Source: Takakia lepidozioides
Taxonomy: Eukaryota > Plantae > Bryophyta
DNA length: 64,000 bases
Direction of reading: 5' to 3'
Assembly (NCBI GenBank): GCA_030704615.1
Contig: CM060732.1
Coordinates: 62,372,001-62,436,000 of the forward strand
Under the pieces are notes generated by a model. That model searched no databases. It was not told where the DNA came from and saw only the letters and a list, made by a program, of their open reading frames with translations. This document shows, one piece after another, positions 23,707 through 36,784 of the stretch. The number at the start of each line of letters is the position of its first letter. Position 1 is the stretch's first letter. The position numbers were made by a program, and so were the translations under genes.

Positions 23707-25968
23707 CGCTGCAGAATGAAACGAGGGTGCAAGGACAATGAGTGACAAATAGAAGTCCTATGAAAAGACTCATCCTAAGCAAGAAGAGGACACAGAATGG
23801 AATGGAAACACCGTAGCAAGTGAGAACCTCACCGAGCCGATGAACTTCGAGTTGTTACGAAGGTGAGCGTGTTTGCGACGCTTCGCGGCTCACCGCGACT
23901 CTCCACACCTGGGGAAGAACGGCCGTCTTTCGTTACGGTGATGGAAACGCAAAGAGGAAAACAAAACAGTGCGAAGAAACAGGCGCGAAGAGAATGGAGT
24001 CGATCGCACAGGGAACTTGAGAAGAAAGTAGAAGTAGAAGGGGGAAAACGGGCATGGCACTGCCAACGTGGCGCGATTTCATAGGTGCCAACTATCCGCC
24101 GTCATCGCATTGAATACGTCCACCGAATGAACGCATCGTACTAAATTCATCCACGGTCCTCGCACGTGCAGCAGACTCATTTCCCATCGGGCCGAGAGTC
24201 CAGCGGACCGCCAGTCCAGCGGACTATTCGCTTTGCTGAGGCGAAGCGGCTTCATATTGGATGCACTTCCCTGCCAGCAGAATGAAGACAAAAGATAGTA
24301 AGGGGAGAATAGGAAAGTCAAACACACCCATTGCGAACAGACTCGCGGCACAATAGACTGATGCATGCACAGTCCAATAGACTGATATCCATAGATGAGA
24401 ACTGTCTAGCAGACGGACGTTTCGCCAGACTGGCGGGAGAACAAGCCAAAAGACTGACCGGAGGGAAAATAAGAAGTCAAACAGACTTAGTGCAACAGAC
24501 TTCCGACACAACAGACTGACAAATTTACAAGTGCGACAGATTGATATCCCAACAGACGGACTTCCAGCAGACCGCCTCCAAACTGACTGTTATGCACACG
24601 ATAAGGGGAATATCCGGAGCACTAACGGGCCAGCGGACCCACTGTGAATAGACTCGCGACACAACAGACCTCAAACATCCACGCGCATTTGCAGATGCAA
24701 TTGTCTCAGCCTGATCCGTCTCCTGGCAAATGCGACAATGTACCGATTATGCACCTACTCCCGTCGTGGCTCAAACATCTGCATTTAGTAGGTGCGTGTG
24801 GATGTTTGAGGACCTTAGGACTGGATGGTGTCCCGCGACGACTCGAATTGCTTTTTTGTGCTGCCATCGCTTATATAATACCATGTGGATCCATCACAAA
24901 ACTGGGTTGCTTCAGATTCTCCACCCTTTTCCACAACTTATGCACGACGGATGCAAGCTGTTATACTTGGTCACATAAACAGTCCCATCGTCCGATACGA
25001 AATCTACAATACACGCCCCCATGTGCATCCGCTTCCGCCATTTTCGCACCCATGTTACCCATGGGTTCCTTTAACAAACTAAACTTGTGAAGGCTCTCAT
25101 GAGGGATCCAGTACGAAGGGGCAAAACGTATCATGACGATCACAAGCAGAGGACGTTATCGACGACAGATGTCCGCATTTTTCATATTTATGACATAGAA
25201 CCAAACCATAAAACGAAGGTTCCCGAAAGCACAACAAGAAGGCAAAAATAGTAGAAGCATATGCACGATGGTGGCTGTAGTGTCGAGACAGTCCTCTCAT
25301 GTTCAAGCACACGCTTCATCATCATCATGAACATCGCGCGCAAAAGAGGAACAGTCGTGTGCATGGAAACGCCTACCGCAACATCAAACAACAAACAGCC
25401 ATCAAAAGAGAGCGGCCGGGATTTGGTGGCAAGATCATTGCCATTTTCGCAGCCCTAAAAATGGAGGGCTCGGGTTATGGGAATGGATGGTGGCGATCTT
25501 GCGCCGTTAGCGGACTGGCAGACTGGAGGGCAGCGGACTCATGGGCAGGGGACTGGCCGCGCGGCGGACGGGGGCGCGGGCGCGGTTGCTGCAGTCGCGC
25601 CCGGGGCTGGGCAACAGCGCGCATCGGCGGGCAGGGCGGGCGGGGTGCGGGGGAGCCGGGCGTCCGTACGTGGGGCCCACCGGCCACATCACACGTGCCC
25701 ATTGAAGACCTTATTATCTTAAAATGAGAGGCGGCACCGTCTTGTTATGTAGAATTGCCATGTGGCCCCTCTGGAAAACAAAACTAAAAACACTGGAGCC
25801 AATTCACCTAAACGGCTATTTGAGGAATAAGTGTGAAACATGTGAAAAAATTTTAATTCGAAATGAAGAGAGAGTGGTAGAACGAGGGTTGTGGAATCTG
25901 CCAGGATCTATAGAGCAAGCCAACATGTGTCATTTCATGCCTCAAAATGATTGTGAAGGAGAAAGCAC

Positions 25969-26200
25969 CAGTGTTGGACCGGTATATGTGGTTAGACCTG
26001 AGTATTGAGTAAGGGTATGAGTAATGGTACGAAGAACCATAGAACCATAAAAAGCCTCCATCATAACAACTGTGATGAACAGTTTCTCCGTGTTGCATGT
26101 ATTGCGTCTAGCTCGTGCTTCAGAAGCTTCAGAGACGTACCATACCAATGTTCATATACCCCTAGTATGAAAAATTCAGTACCAATACCAGCGGTGCATG
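25969..26200 (+). mobile_element. Degenerate copy of the hAT MITE family
   Basis: CAGTGTTGGACCGGTAT at 25969, with GGTATG motifs on the left and ATACCA motifs on the right. The right TIR and TSD are not recognisable. Confidence 0.45.
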
Positions 26201-26360
26201 ATCAGGATCCTGATCATCTCTGGAGCATCCCTCGTCTCAAGCCCACTTGGAGGGGCCAGTGAGAGTCCTGGAGCATAGCAGACCCCCTAGACATTTTTTT
26301 TTAAATGTTGAATAAGAAAGGGCGAGGATTGAAGCGGCCCTGCCAGCTCTATACTAGTAA

Positions 26361-26694
26361 GAGCATCTCCATGGGGGGTACACTAAACACCACTGCACGG
26401 TAACCTCCCACGACCTTGAACACTCCCCTCCCCCAAAGGCAACTCCATCAAATTACCCAGCACATGTAATTTTTGATGATGTGCCTTGCTGCTGAGGGAC
26501 CACCTGGCAGACACCGCCTTGCCATCACGCCATAAAATGCACGCCGGCGTGCTTTTTAGTCGCTCCAGCAGGTACCGGCCGGGTTGACGAGGGCCCCTAT
26601 CCTGCACCAATGTGCGGCCCCGAGTGTACGGATACCAGGGCCGGGGGCTCAAGTACCCTTGCCGTGGCATTTAGGGACACCGGTGGGGATGCTC
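26361..26694. mobile_element. PIF/Harbinger (Tourist-like) MITE, 334 bp
   Basis: TAA|GAGCATCTCCA ... TGGGGATGCTC|TAA: a canonical Tourist-type TIR with a 3-bp TAA TSD. Confidence 0.88.
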
Positions 26695-29600
26695 TAACTA
26701 CGTCAATTTCAACTCAATTTTTCCGCCGTACTAACTTCAACTTCAAGGTTAGGGGGCGGTATCAACTCCCCTTTCTCAGCCTCCATGGCCTGTCACGCGA
26801 GGTTATTTTTTCCTCATTATTAACATATCTGGCCTATCTCAAGCCTTTTAAAAATATATATATATATAAAACTTCAGTAAAATGCCTTGTCACATCTTTA
26901 TCCCATATCGTTTGCCCAGCTCCTAGCAGCCTACATATACGGATGCCCTCTATAGGCTTCAACAGCCAGTTCCCTCCCTTTAAAAGATAAATAATAATAT
27001 AATATAATAAAACCCAGCCGGTAAATATCACCCCTGCCCTCACCCGGGGATTTACCGGCCTTCAAGCTGTTCGTTGCTTGATTATCGGTGCCTGCCAGCT
27101 CTCTTTCTAGATAACTTAATTTTCAGAGCTAGACGTTTTTATGACTTTTCAGTTATAAAAGTTTTTGCCTCATGGTGGACATGGGGGTTTTAATGTTTTT
27201 CCCCCTAATAATTCCAATTAAATGTCCCAAGGCCATAAGATCTAGCAATTTGTATTTGTGAATGTGAGAAAGCTTTAGAACTTGTTTAAATGAAATCCAC
27301 TAGGTTTGGACGATCAGATCATTTACAAGTGCTCTTTGTTCTTTAACGAGCATTACTTGTTTAATCTCCATTCCCAGATGCGACGTTGAAAGACATGAGA
27401 TCCATCTTTTCACTACGATTGCATGCATTGTATTGCCAATTTTCTTAAAGTATTGGTGATTGGCTAGTTAATTGACGGAAGAATGGTATAGGCACATCCT
27501 AATATCAACATTGTCATCTTGCCAATGTCAGCCAAGTTTCACTATAGTTTAACAACAGTAGGCATCGTGCAGTCATTTTTTCTATGCTTTGCAGCTCTCT
27601 TAAAGGGAAGACATGTCATGAATGTTCTTCTTACAGAGGAAATGATAATTAAAAAAAAAACACTTAAGATTATCATTGTGCTATAGATCTAACCGATATG
27701 AAGTTCGTAAGTTTCTTATGCCGAGTTTTACTAGTCTAGTCGTACAATAGTGGGCTTAGTGCACTCCTCCTTTGTCTTGGTTTAAATTTTGAGATTGGCT
27801 ATGTAACTCTCTTAAACTTATGTAAGGGAAGAGAGATAAATGTTCTTATTTGGAGAAAGAATAAACACGATCTTTTTTCATAGTGCAATACTTCGATCAA
27901 TCATCGTCTCTTTGGCATAAATTTATTAATTTTGATCAACCGTTTGGATTTGTCATAGGAGGGGTTTAAGCAAGATTAGAGGTAAACCATACTGGAAAAC
28001 CACCCAAACCAAAGTAAGGCCAACATTTGTAAGTTGTTAGTGAAGTTAAGGAAGAGCACTAGCCACAGACCAAAAAAAAATTATGAACAGAAAGACCTCA
28101 TACGCACATGATCATGAGTGTGTCTGCCTAAGTACGGTCCACAAAACTATGATAAATGGTTGTAACTAATGCGAATCAACTACAACCTCTTCCTCATGTG
28201 TGTGACAATGGAGATGTACGGTTGAAACATGGTTGATGAGCATTCTTATGTACTTGACAATCGGCCACCAAGACCAAGTCGACAAATAATGCAATGACCT
28301 AAACAACCATTAAGACAAAAAAATAACACATTATGTATATGGGAAATGTAGCTGATGAGGTGGTAGTCCGAGTTTACGCGTTCAAAAGTAGTGGAAGGAC
28401 TGAATCAGCTCTTATTCACCAACGGAAAAAAACCAAATTGCCGGTTGTCTTGCATTTAAGCATCATGCCACAATGTATTGCATAGCTTGTCCAACCACAT
28501 TTCCTAGCCCACAATCCTACAAAACTATGTCACTTATAAATGAAGTAGGAATGACAGAAACGGAATGTACCTTCAAGCATGAAAGCACAATATGCCAAGG
28601 AACAAACTCAATTCTTCCAAGAATAAACCCACCCTATCACTTATATAAGTCAAGCCAATGGCAGCTTTGTTAAAAGAATTCACTATAGAGACCTCACGCA
28701 CACTACCACCCAAGAACTAGAGCTATGGCGGTGAGAAAGGCCTCGGGAGGTTTGACTAGAAGAAGAAGAGTCTTCCTGAGGTTCACTTCGAGATAACCAT
28801 TTCCACGTCTCTCAAGTGATATTTGTCATCTCACTTGATACTTGGACCCAAATGAAATTCCAATATCAATAAAATATAAATGTATGATGTCATAATTAGC
28901 TAGAAATAATTATGTTTAGCTAACCACGACTACAACCATGAGAAATCACTCACACCTCATCCAAGCGTAATCCAAATTCCACGCCAAAGCTCAATTTTTT
29001 CACGTCAGTTTTATTGGATATTAGGTTTTGGATATTAGGTTGACCGTTCCACATGAAATGACCATCCAAATAGTCAATGCCTACCAGAATAACACATCTC
29101 CCTTATAATAACAATTACGTGTATTGATTTATAATTAACATATTGATTTACAATTATGTTCAATGGTTCAATTTGTTCTTTTTAATCCCTGCAAGTATTT
29201 CTTGTTGTTTTTCATGGTCATTGATCGCGCTTGTGTGTGTGTATGATGTGTCATCCAAGTTAAGTTTTTTTGTTATATTTTTTAATTTTAATGTATAGTA
29301 ATAAATTATTTTCAAATATTTTTATGTTAATTTATGGCATGATATAGATTTTGTCACGCTTATAGAACAACGGAACACTCTCTCGCCACTAAACCCTATA
29401 ACCCTTCCTATATTTTTCTGAACAACACATTTAAAACAACTTTTTCTTACAAGGTGTTTATGCAATGGTGTTTAAGCTATTCATTTAAGAGTGGATAATA
29501 AAACATTCTATACATTAATGAAGCTCATTAACACCAATAACAATAATAAACTAGTGAAGGTATATATGCGTACTTTTAGTGAAAGTATATATTATGATCT

Positions 29601-32600
29601 TCTCCCATTTTGGCACTCATGCGTGGTCTTCTCGTGCTGGAAAAGCCAATAAACTGAACAACAAATCAAATTAGCCAACAAGCAAGTCCATTTTTGCCAA
29701 CACAGTTTAGTTAAGTGTTATTTTTCTACTCACACTAGCAAACAATTATTTAACCGGTAACAGACACCTTCTTGAATTGATTTCTTGGGGGTGCACTGTA
29801 GAGATATCGCACGAAAGACTCCATAGGCTGTGGATATCGGTGACCATCCTTTAAACTCTCCTACAAAAATTCAGCAAAGCTAAGATGCATCATCCGGATC
29901 TTGAAATTGATGAAATTGATGCACTGTGTTGAAATTGATCTAGTTAAAACTATTTACTTTGGAACTAGACTGAGGGCTGACCAAAATCGATTGTTGAAGG
30001 CATTCAGATCGTTGGCAATCAAGATGAAATCCCCTGAGATGGCTGCAGGAACGACATCGTAAACCTGATGAGCAGGAATAACTAGGGTTTTACATTCACT
30101 GACATCGTGCTAGACGGTGTTGACTAAGGATAGTGAAAAGTGTAGTTGTCTAACGTTCAAACTTTTTTACACACATTTTAAGTTTTAATAACTTTTAAAA
30201 AAATAAAATAAAATAAAATAGGTATTTTGTTTGCCTCCTCCTCCTCGTCTCTTTCTCATTAACAAAACAACGTCACAAAACGACTTTGCAAGACCTTGTT
30301 CTCTAACTTCAGCAACGTTCACGTGCATTGAATTGAGGGATTGGAATCTGAAGTTGAAGGCAACATCTCTCTTTGCAATGCACAAAGGCGCTTAACCGAC
30401 ATTTATAAACGTCATTCAAATTATAATGGCATGCAGATTGAATGCGATGTAGTGTGGACCATAAGATGATCAACATTGACTTCCCCGTCCCAATTTTGCA
30501 GTGACTGTGGTCATAGTACTCAGATCCATGCACTATTGCATTCAAATGCACATGGTTTAGAATTTCCAACTCTTAATTTACATATGCCAATTGTTGGATT
30601 GAAAGATGGAGAAAACAAGTTCAAGCTATGGAATTTCATACCAAATTCTGTGGACTATCTTTTCAACCGTATCAAAACTTATGGACTTTAGAAAAACATG
30701 TGCATTTGGGCAAATTGCTCTAAAATTTCGAGTGGTGGAGGCTAATTTTGTGGACATTGTAATGATTCATATGGACAAACTGATTTGTCATTTGGAACCT
30801 ATGAACTAATTTATGAGCAAAAAATGCGTGTTTAAAATGTGAGCAATTTTTTTGAGAACTAATGAGAAAGAAACACTGGGTGCCACGGAATATCTCTCGT
30901 GGATGTAAGTAGACGAAACAACGCTCTGAATGAAAAACCTTGAGATTTTCTCATCTGGAAAGAGCAAAGTACAATCCCTTCAAAACTAGATACTACAGAG
31001 CAAATTATCATAAATACTTTTTTACCCCACCGTTTTATTTTGTGTTATCTTTTGCGAAAATGATGTAGGCTCTCATTATCTTAAATGACCCCAACATATA
31101 TACTGGACAAATATTGATAAGTGACAACCACAAATCGCTTGTTGCTTATGCAAGATTTGCTTCGGAACCGGTATAGAATTTGTTATCTGGCATCATGACA
31201 GATTAGCTGAGAGACAAAATCCAAACTTTTCCAACTTTTTTCACACTAGACTTGCAAGGAGGTGTAAAGTAAAGAGGATGAAAATTCTTGCGGACAGAGA
31301 AAGAGAGGAGACACAAAAGTGACAAAGACATACATATACGAGTGATTTGCGGATTGTCAAGCGACACAAGAGGCAACTCCTACGTTGCTTCTCCTGATCT
31401 GTTGCGGTTGCTTTCGGATGTCACGCGGGCAAGTAGTGCTCTTTCATAATCTCTCATCCACTAGAGGGCTCTATTAGAGTTTGCCCGAGCGATTGATGAT
31501 TTATAGGGCGTGGATGATGACGACAACAAATGAGGCAAAGATGCATATGAAACTTTATTGGAGAAAATTTTCATGACAACAGTGGCAGAGATTCTCGAGG
31601 AGTCTCAAGGATGCAAGTGAATGTGTGGGAGGTAGTATAGATGCCTACTACAACGTTGAGTTGAAACAGTGAGGTAATCACCAAGTCCTTGAAGTGTCAA
31701 CGAAACACTTGGACTACCGTGTTGTGTCTTGTAGCAAATTATCCATACGGCGTTATAATGAAACAATATAATTTGTTGCAGGTAAAGTGGACCTTACCAT
31801 TTGAGGGATTGGATACACTTTCATGGACATAACCATCTGTTTTTTTATCCACTTTATCTTGTATTCACACTAAGACAATTTCTCTTCTTTGAATTCGTTG
31901 TATTGTATTGTGTCATAGGATTCATGTTTGGAAATAAACAAATGCACTAAGAGAAATGTGAATGTACTATGAGAAACTTCAAAGAAAGTACAAAAGATGA
32001 TTAGACAAGGTCGATAATTGATATGTTTTGCAATAGGTCAATCATAGTTGAGCATTTTATACAGCACTTGCGCCTAGAGTTCTATAAAATATTTTCACAA
32101 AGAACTACAACTTTGATAATGTTAACTTTATTCATATGTAGGATATAAACAAGTCTTTTAATTCGAAACCTCTAGTACGATCACATTATGTGAATTCAGT
32201 GAGTTGTAACCCTAATTGTTTAGTGAAGTTAGATCCTTATTTGGCTTGTTTTTAGAATCTGCACCTTATATTGTCTACAATATCATAGCATGTTTTTCAT
32301 TAGTGTAGAACTTGCAAAGCTTGCAAAGAACTTGAGACTAGTAGGATGAGATTGTGGCTCAAGTATTACAACTTGGTCGGTTCCACATACTACTTCAAAA
32401 TCTCCAAACTATATATGCCATAAAATTCAATCCTCATTGGGTGAAAGAAAAACTAATTGTCATGCAAAAATATCAAGAATAATCTGGATATGATGGTGAA
32501 AATTAAGATGAGTGCGGTTCTATTTTAGTATACATAGTGGATTTCATTTGAAGCTTGTAGATGAAAATAAGTATGACTCGAAAACTGGATTAAAATGACA

Positions 32601-33054
32601 GCAATATTGTTTTGCACAAGTTTGTGCTTACATCGATTTCTCCCTCATTATAAAAGATTGAATAGATTACTAGGTATGAAGTTTGGTTATGCATTTCAGT
32701 ATTCATGAGTACTTCCAAATTTCAATATTCAGCAAGTATTCCTCAGCTGGTTTTCCATCAAGTTTTTCAATATTTTAGTACATCGATATATATCCACATT
32801 TAAATATTTCAGCCAGTTCAAGCAAATATTTCAATGTTATACTAGTATTTTCAGCGATGACCGTTAGGTCGGAGTTTGTTTAGCATAGATGACTATTGGG
32901 TCCATTAGTAGTGATTAATACTTTTGCTGCCAACATGACAATTCCAGAAAAACAGACGACAATTAATTCGGAAAGAAAAATAAAAAACCAAAGAGAAAAC
33001 TGCTGAAACTTCTTTGTTTTAATTACTTCCCAATATAAACATATGGAGTAATTG

Positions 33055-33399
33055 AAACCACAACTCTGAGAAATGAGAGAGGCTCCAAAGAAAGAGGAGC
33101 TATGTATAAGTGTTGGGTTATTTCTCATACTTCCCATTCATGAATAAGAGCATGATGGGTTTGACCCACATGCATTGCTCGCTCTGAAAGAAGTGGGTAT
33201 CACTCTCAAACTCAATAACCTAAAACCATAGCTCTGAGACATGAGAGGGGCTCAAGAGAGAGCTGTATGCATAAGTATCGGGCCATTTCTCATATTTACC
33301 ATTCATGAATAGGGACAAGATGGGTGTGACCCTCATGCATTGTTGGATTCCTTTAAAAACAAAAGATAAATGACACTCTCAAACAAATTAATAACCTCG
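33055..33399 (+). repeat. Two-copy ~170-bp diverged tandem repeat
   Basis: aaacca.a.ctctgaga.atgagag.ggctc...catttctcata...ccattcatgaata...gatgggt.tgaccc.catgcattg...cactctcaaac...aataacct occurs twice. Confidence 0.75.
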
Positions 33400-35004
33400 C
33401 ACCTATTATGTTATGTTTGTGCAAAATAAAATATTTTTAGCAAATCATTTATTAGTAAATGATTTTAATTATGCACATTTAGCAAATTTGACCAAAATTA
33501 CAATAAGATAATGTTTGTTGGACTTAAAGGAAAACTTAGTGAGGTGGGTCAAGTCCCTAGATTGAGCTCTAAGGCAGCCTCCACCAGCCGATTCTTTAGC
33601 ATTGAAAAAGAAAGAGACAACTTTAAGTCAAACATTCTTTGTACATTCCATGCTTGTGCGGGTAGTGCCTTTTTAAGGAACCCGCGGGTCTGGGTTTCGG
33701 TTTTCTTTTGGAACCAAGTCCGGGTCTGGATCCGGGTTTTGGAAATTTGGAAAATCAGGGTTCGGAGTCGGGTCCAGGTTCTTGAACACGGACTCAGGTA
33801 GTTGCTGGAAAATATTGGCGGGTTCATCCACGGGTTCGGATCGGGGTCCCCATTAATTGATTAAATAGATTAAGGAAAAAATTAATTGGAGACAAAATTA
33901 TTTTTGGCTGAAAAAAAAACTAAATCCTAATGGTGAATTTTATCTTAACCCGTAATGGACGACACAACCCGTTTCGAGTCGTATCAGAAATCAGAAATCG
34001 ATTTGCCACGATGGCAAATCGTTGGATGACCTCGGATGAAAAAATTTCTAAATGAAAGTTGTGCGCCGTGACATCATGCACATGCCTATCTTTATGGCAC
34101 CCTAAAATAATAAAAGCACTGCCGTCAGTAATTTTTTTAGTGTGCAGGGGTACCCAATTCAGGGCCCTCCAGCAGCTTGGACCTACCAACATGGCAGGAT
34201 ATGGGTGGCTCTACCAATGAAAATTTATTTTGCATGTAGATAGGTTAGAAAATTCTTCTATGCATGTAGATAGGTTAGAATGCTTCCAAATTTTTTGTGG
34301 TAGTGAGTTTCCACGCAATGAACAACATGACCAGATGAATTCTCCTCACATATATATAATACACCTTAGACGCAAGTGGACAAAGGCATAACTTGTGTAT
34401 TGCGAGTTGAAATTTGAGGCAGATTTGGGGTCAATTATAATGGATGGTCTTTTTGACCCACCAATTTTTCCAACAAAGCAACCCTCTTGTGGTTTTCGAA
34501 TTTGGTTTTGGAATTTTGGCCCAAGGTGCTGTACATGCCAGGCAATTAAATGTGCTTATGCTGTATCAATGAAAATTCATTTTGCCAAGCCAATTGCTTG
34601 GTCAAACCATTTTTTCATTCCAAAACTAGAGCAAAGTAAAAATTTACAACTTACATTTTTGCTATGATCTTTGTAATAATGACACGGTGAAATCAACTGA
34701 AATTTTTACAGTAGGTTCCTGAAGTAGGTAGGATTAGTTTCATATGGTTCATCCCCATGGATGTTTGTCAAATGTCAGATATGCCCTCAAACATGAGGGC
34801 ATGTTCCATTTTGGAATGGGCCCACAAAAAACGGGCTTGTCCTTTAGGGGTTAATACTTAATACATATTCCTTCAAAATGTACCATGAATATGTATGGCT
34901 CATTTATAAACTACACGCATGATGACACAATAATTAAAACAGAATTTGAGTTCTATTCTTTGATATCAATCCTAAAACATGTTCAGGAAAATAATATGCT
35001 CCAA

Positions 35005-35243
35005 CAGCTGGTAGCTCAGTTGGAAAATGCACTTAGTGCCACCCGGATGGTTCTGGGGTCAAATCTTGCTACCTTGATGGTTATGGTATGTTCTTCTCTC
35101 CCTTCCGATGGGCGGTGTCCCATGCGTAACCCTTCACGACGAGGTTACTGTGAAAGAGGTTATTTTTTCCTCTCACTATAATTAAGGGGCCTGTTTTGTT
35201 GAGCTGTCGCTCCTAGATGTTTCTCTTTTTAAAAAAAAAAAAA
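35005..35243 (+). mobile_element. tRNA-derived SINE, family A
   Basis: cagctggTAGCTCAGTTGG A box, degenerate B box ggggtcaaatc, 3' hairpin gagg-ttatttttt-cctc and a poly(A) tail. Confidence 0.7.
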
Positions 35244-35299
35244 GGGCCTCAAAGCTCATATATCACTATAGCATGGATGTGTCGGAGCTTGCCTAATGC

Positions 35300-35468
35300 T
35301 AAATATATGAAGCCTCATGAAGGAAGCATAAATTATGGTGTCACTTGACCCCGAAGGGCTACGGCCTTCCAATAGAAAGGTTGACAACTTTGAGACACCA
35401 ATCCGTGGATTGAACCCACAACTACCTTTTGAGGTGGTATGTGCCCATTACCACTCGGGCTACAACTT
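35300..35468 (-). mobile_element. tRNA-derived SINE, family B
   Basis: Minus strand reads gttgTAGCCCGAGTGGTAatgggcacataccacc...GGTTCAATCC...tcatatattt. It is an inverted homolog of 36057-36240. Confidence 0.7.
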
Positions 35469-36056
35469 GGTTGGGATACATAGAAGATCTTACACTTGGG
35501 CTAAGATGACTCTCCACCTTGAGTGGTGGGTGCTGGCTGCTGCATTGGCCTCCCTTTAGGTGGACCCTTCTCTTGACACATGTAAGGTCCGTTGATCACA
35601 TTTTCTCCATTGACTTCAACATGATGCAAAGTCTTTGACTTGAAGGAACATAGCCAACAATAATAATAATAATAATAATAAATAAATAAATAAATATATG
35701 ACGCCAGCCGAAGCTAGCGTAAATAAGAGCCTCTTCCCCTATGAAAATGGGGCGGAGATGTAGTACCTTTCATGAGCTCATCCAATGAGGGAGGAGAGGC
35801 TGCTCTCAAGGTCTCGGCGCAAGTACATAGTAAGTATTATATTTCAATTTTTCTAAGAATTATATATATATATATACATACATATATAGGGCCCACCCCC
35901 GAAAGGGGGCAGTAGCCGCAAGGTGAAGTGGCTCTTAGTTACGGAGGCCTCGAGTCTTCTCTTTCTCTATACATACATATAAATATCAAAAAAAGAACCC
36001 AGGCCTGATCCTCTGTATTCGTTCGCGGATAGCGGGTATACAAGTTCTAGTATACA

Positions 36057-36240
36057 TGTTGTAGCCCAGTGGTATTGGGCACATACCACCTTAGAAGTGG
36101 TTGGGGGTTCAATCCACCGATTGGTGTAACAAAGGTGTCCACCTTCCCGCTAGAATGTAGTAGCCCTTCCGGGTCAAGAGACACCATAATTTACGCTTCC
36201 TTGGGGAGGCGTCATATATTATTAGTATTATTATTATTAT
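36057..36240 (+). mobile_element. tRNA-derived SINE, family B
   Basis: A box TAGCCCAGTGGTA, B box GGTTCAATCC, 3' hairpin acgcttcc-ttgg-ggaggcgt and a (TAT)n tail. Confidence 0.72.
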
Positions 36241-36549
36241 TTTAAAGAAGAAACCTGGAGCTACTGCTCACAATTCAGGCCCTTGAGGAGGGGGAAAAAT
36301 TAACCCCCTTTCAGATAAGCTATTAGGCACATAGGTGGAAACGCCAGAAGAAACGTGGACTCACAATTCAGGCCCTTGAGGAGGGGGAAAAATTAACCCC
36401 CTTTCAGATAAGCTATTAGGCACATAGGTGGAAACGCCACCACCAGACCAACCAGTCACGAACGATCCACACACCAGGCAGGGCAGCGGTTTTGAACCCC
36501 CAACCACCAGGGCGACACACTGTGCACTTACTAGCTCAGCTACCAGCTG
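36240..36549 (-). mobile_element. tRNA-derived SINE, family A, with an internal ~90-bp duplication
   Basis: Minus strand reads cagctggTAGCTGAGCTAG...GGTTCAAAACC...ggggg-ttaattttt-ccccc...gggcctg...gctccaggtttcttctttaaaa. It lies tail-to-tail with the family B copy. Confidence 0.68.
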
Positions 36550-36784
36550 ACTGACGTGCTATTATTATTATTATTATTATTATTCGGGTTCTGTAACGTC
36601 TAGCTCAGCTACCAGCTGACTGACGTGCTATTATTATTATTATTATTCGGGTTCTGTAACGTCGCCATAGACATACGCTACAGAATGGGCTCAGAATTTT
36701 GTGTGGCTTCGTTGTTATGAGGCTGGTCTGACAAACGTCAGGCCGTCTCATTAGGAGCGTAGCCATAGACATACGCTACAGAAT

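Larger units (their letters stand above)
15949..25730. mobile_element. Mutator-like element (MULE) with long TIRs, ~9.8 kb, two convergent genes
   Basis: Left TIR ~15949-16361 is the reverse complement of right TIR ~25449-25730 (ctctcattttaagataata.ggtcttcaatgggca.gtg.gatgtggccggtgggcccc...), and the left copy has an internal motif expansion. Encodes a MULE DDE/SWIM transposase (+) and a Ulp1 protease gene (-). Candidate offset direct repeat CTTGTTAT(A/G)TAG at 15912 and 25741. Confidence 0.9.

Noticed and set aside
29800-30100. Possible LINE endonuclease relic (minus, ...SGDFILIANDLNAF...)
   Set aside because: A single weak motif with no supporting frame.
35889-35960. Possible ribozyme (GAAA/GCAA tetraloop hairpins)
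   Set aside because: No hammerhead CUGANGA/GAAA core or HDV-like pseudoknot could be built; better explained as a SINE-tail relative.
36010-36052. Possible Helitron 3' end (decayed hairpin followed by CTAG|T)
   Set aside because: The hairpin needs assumed C>T reversions and no 5' TC end was identified.
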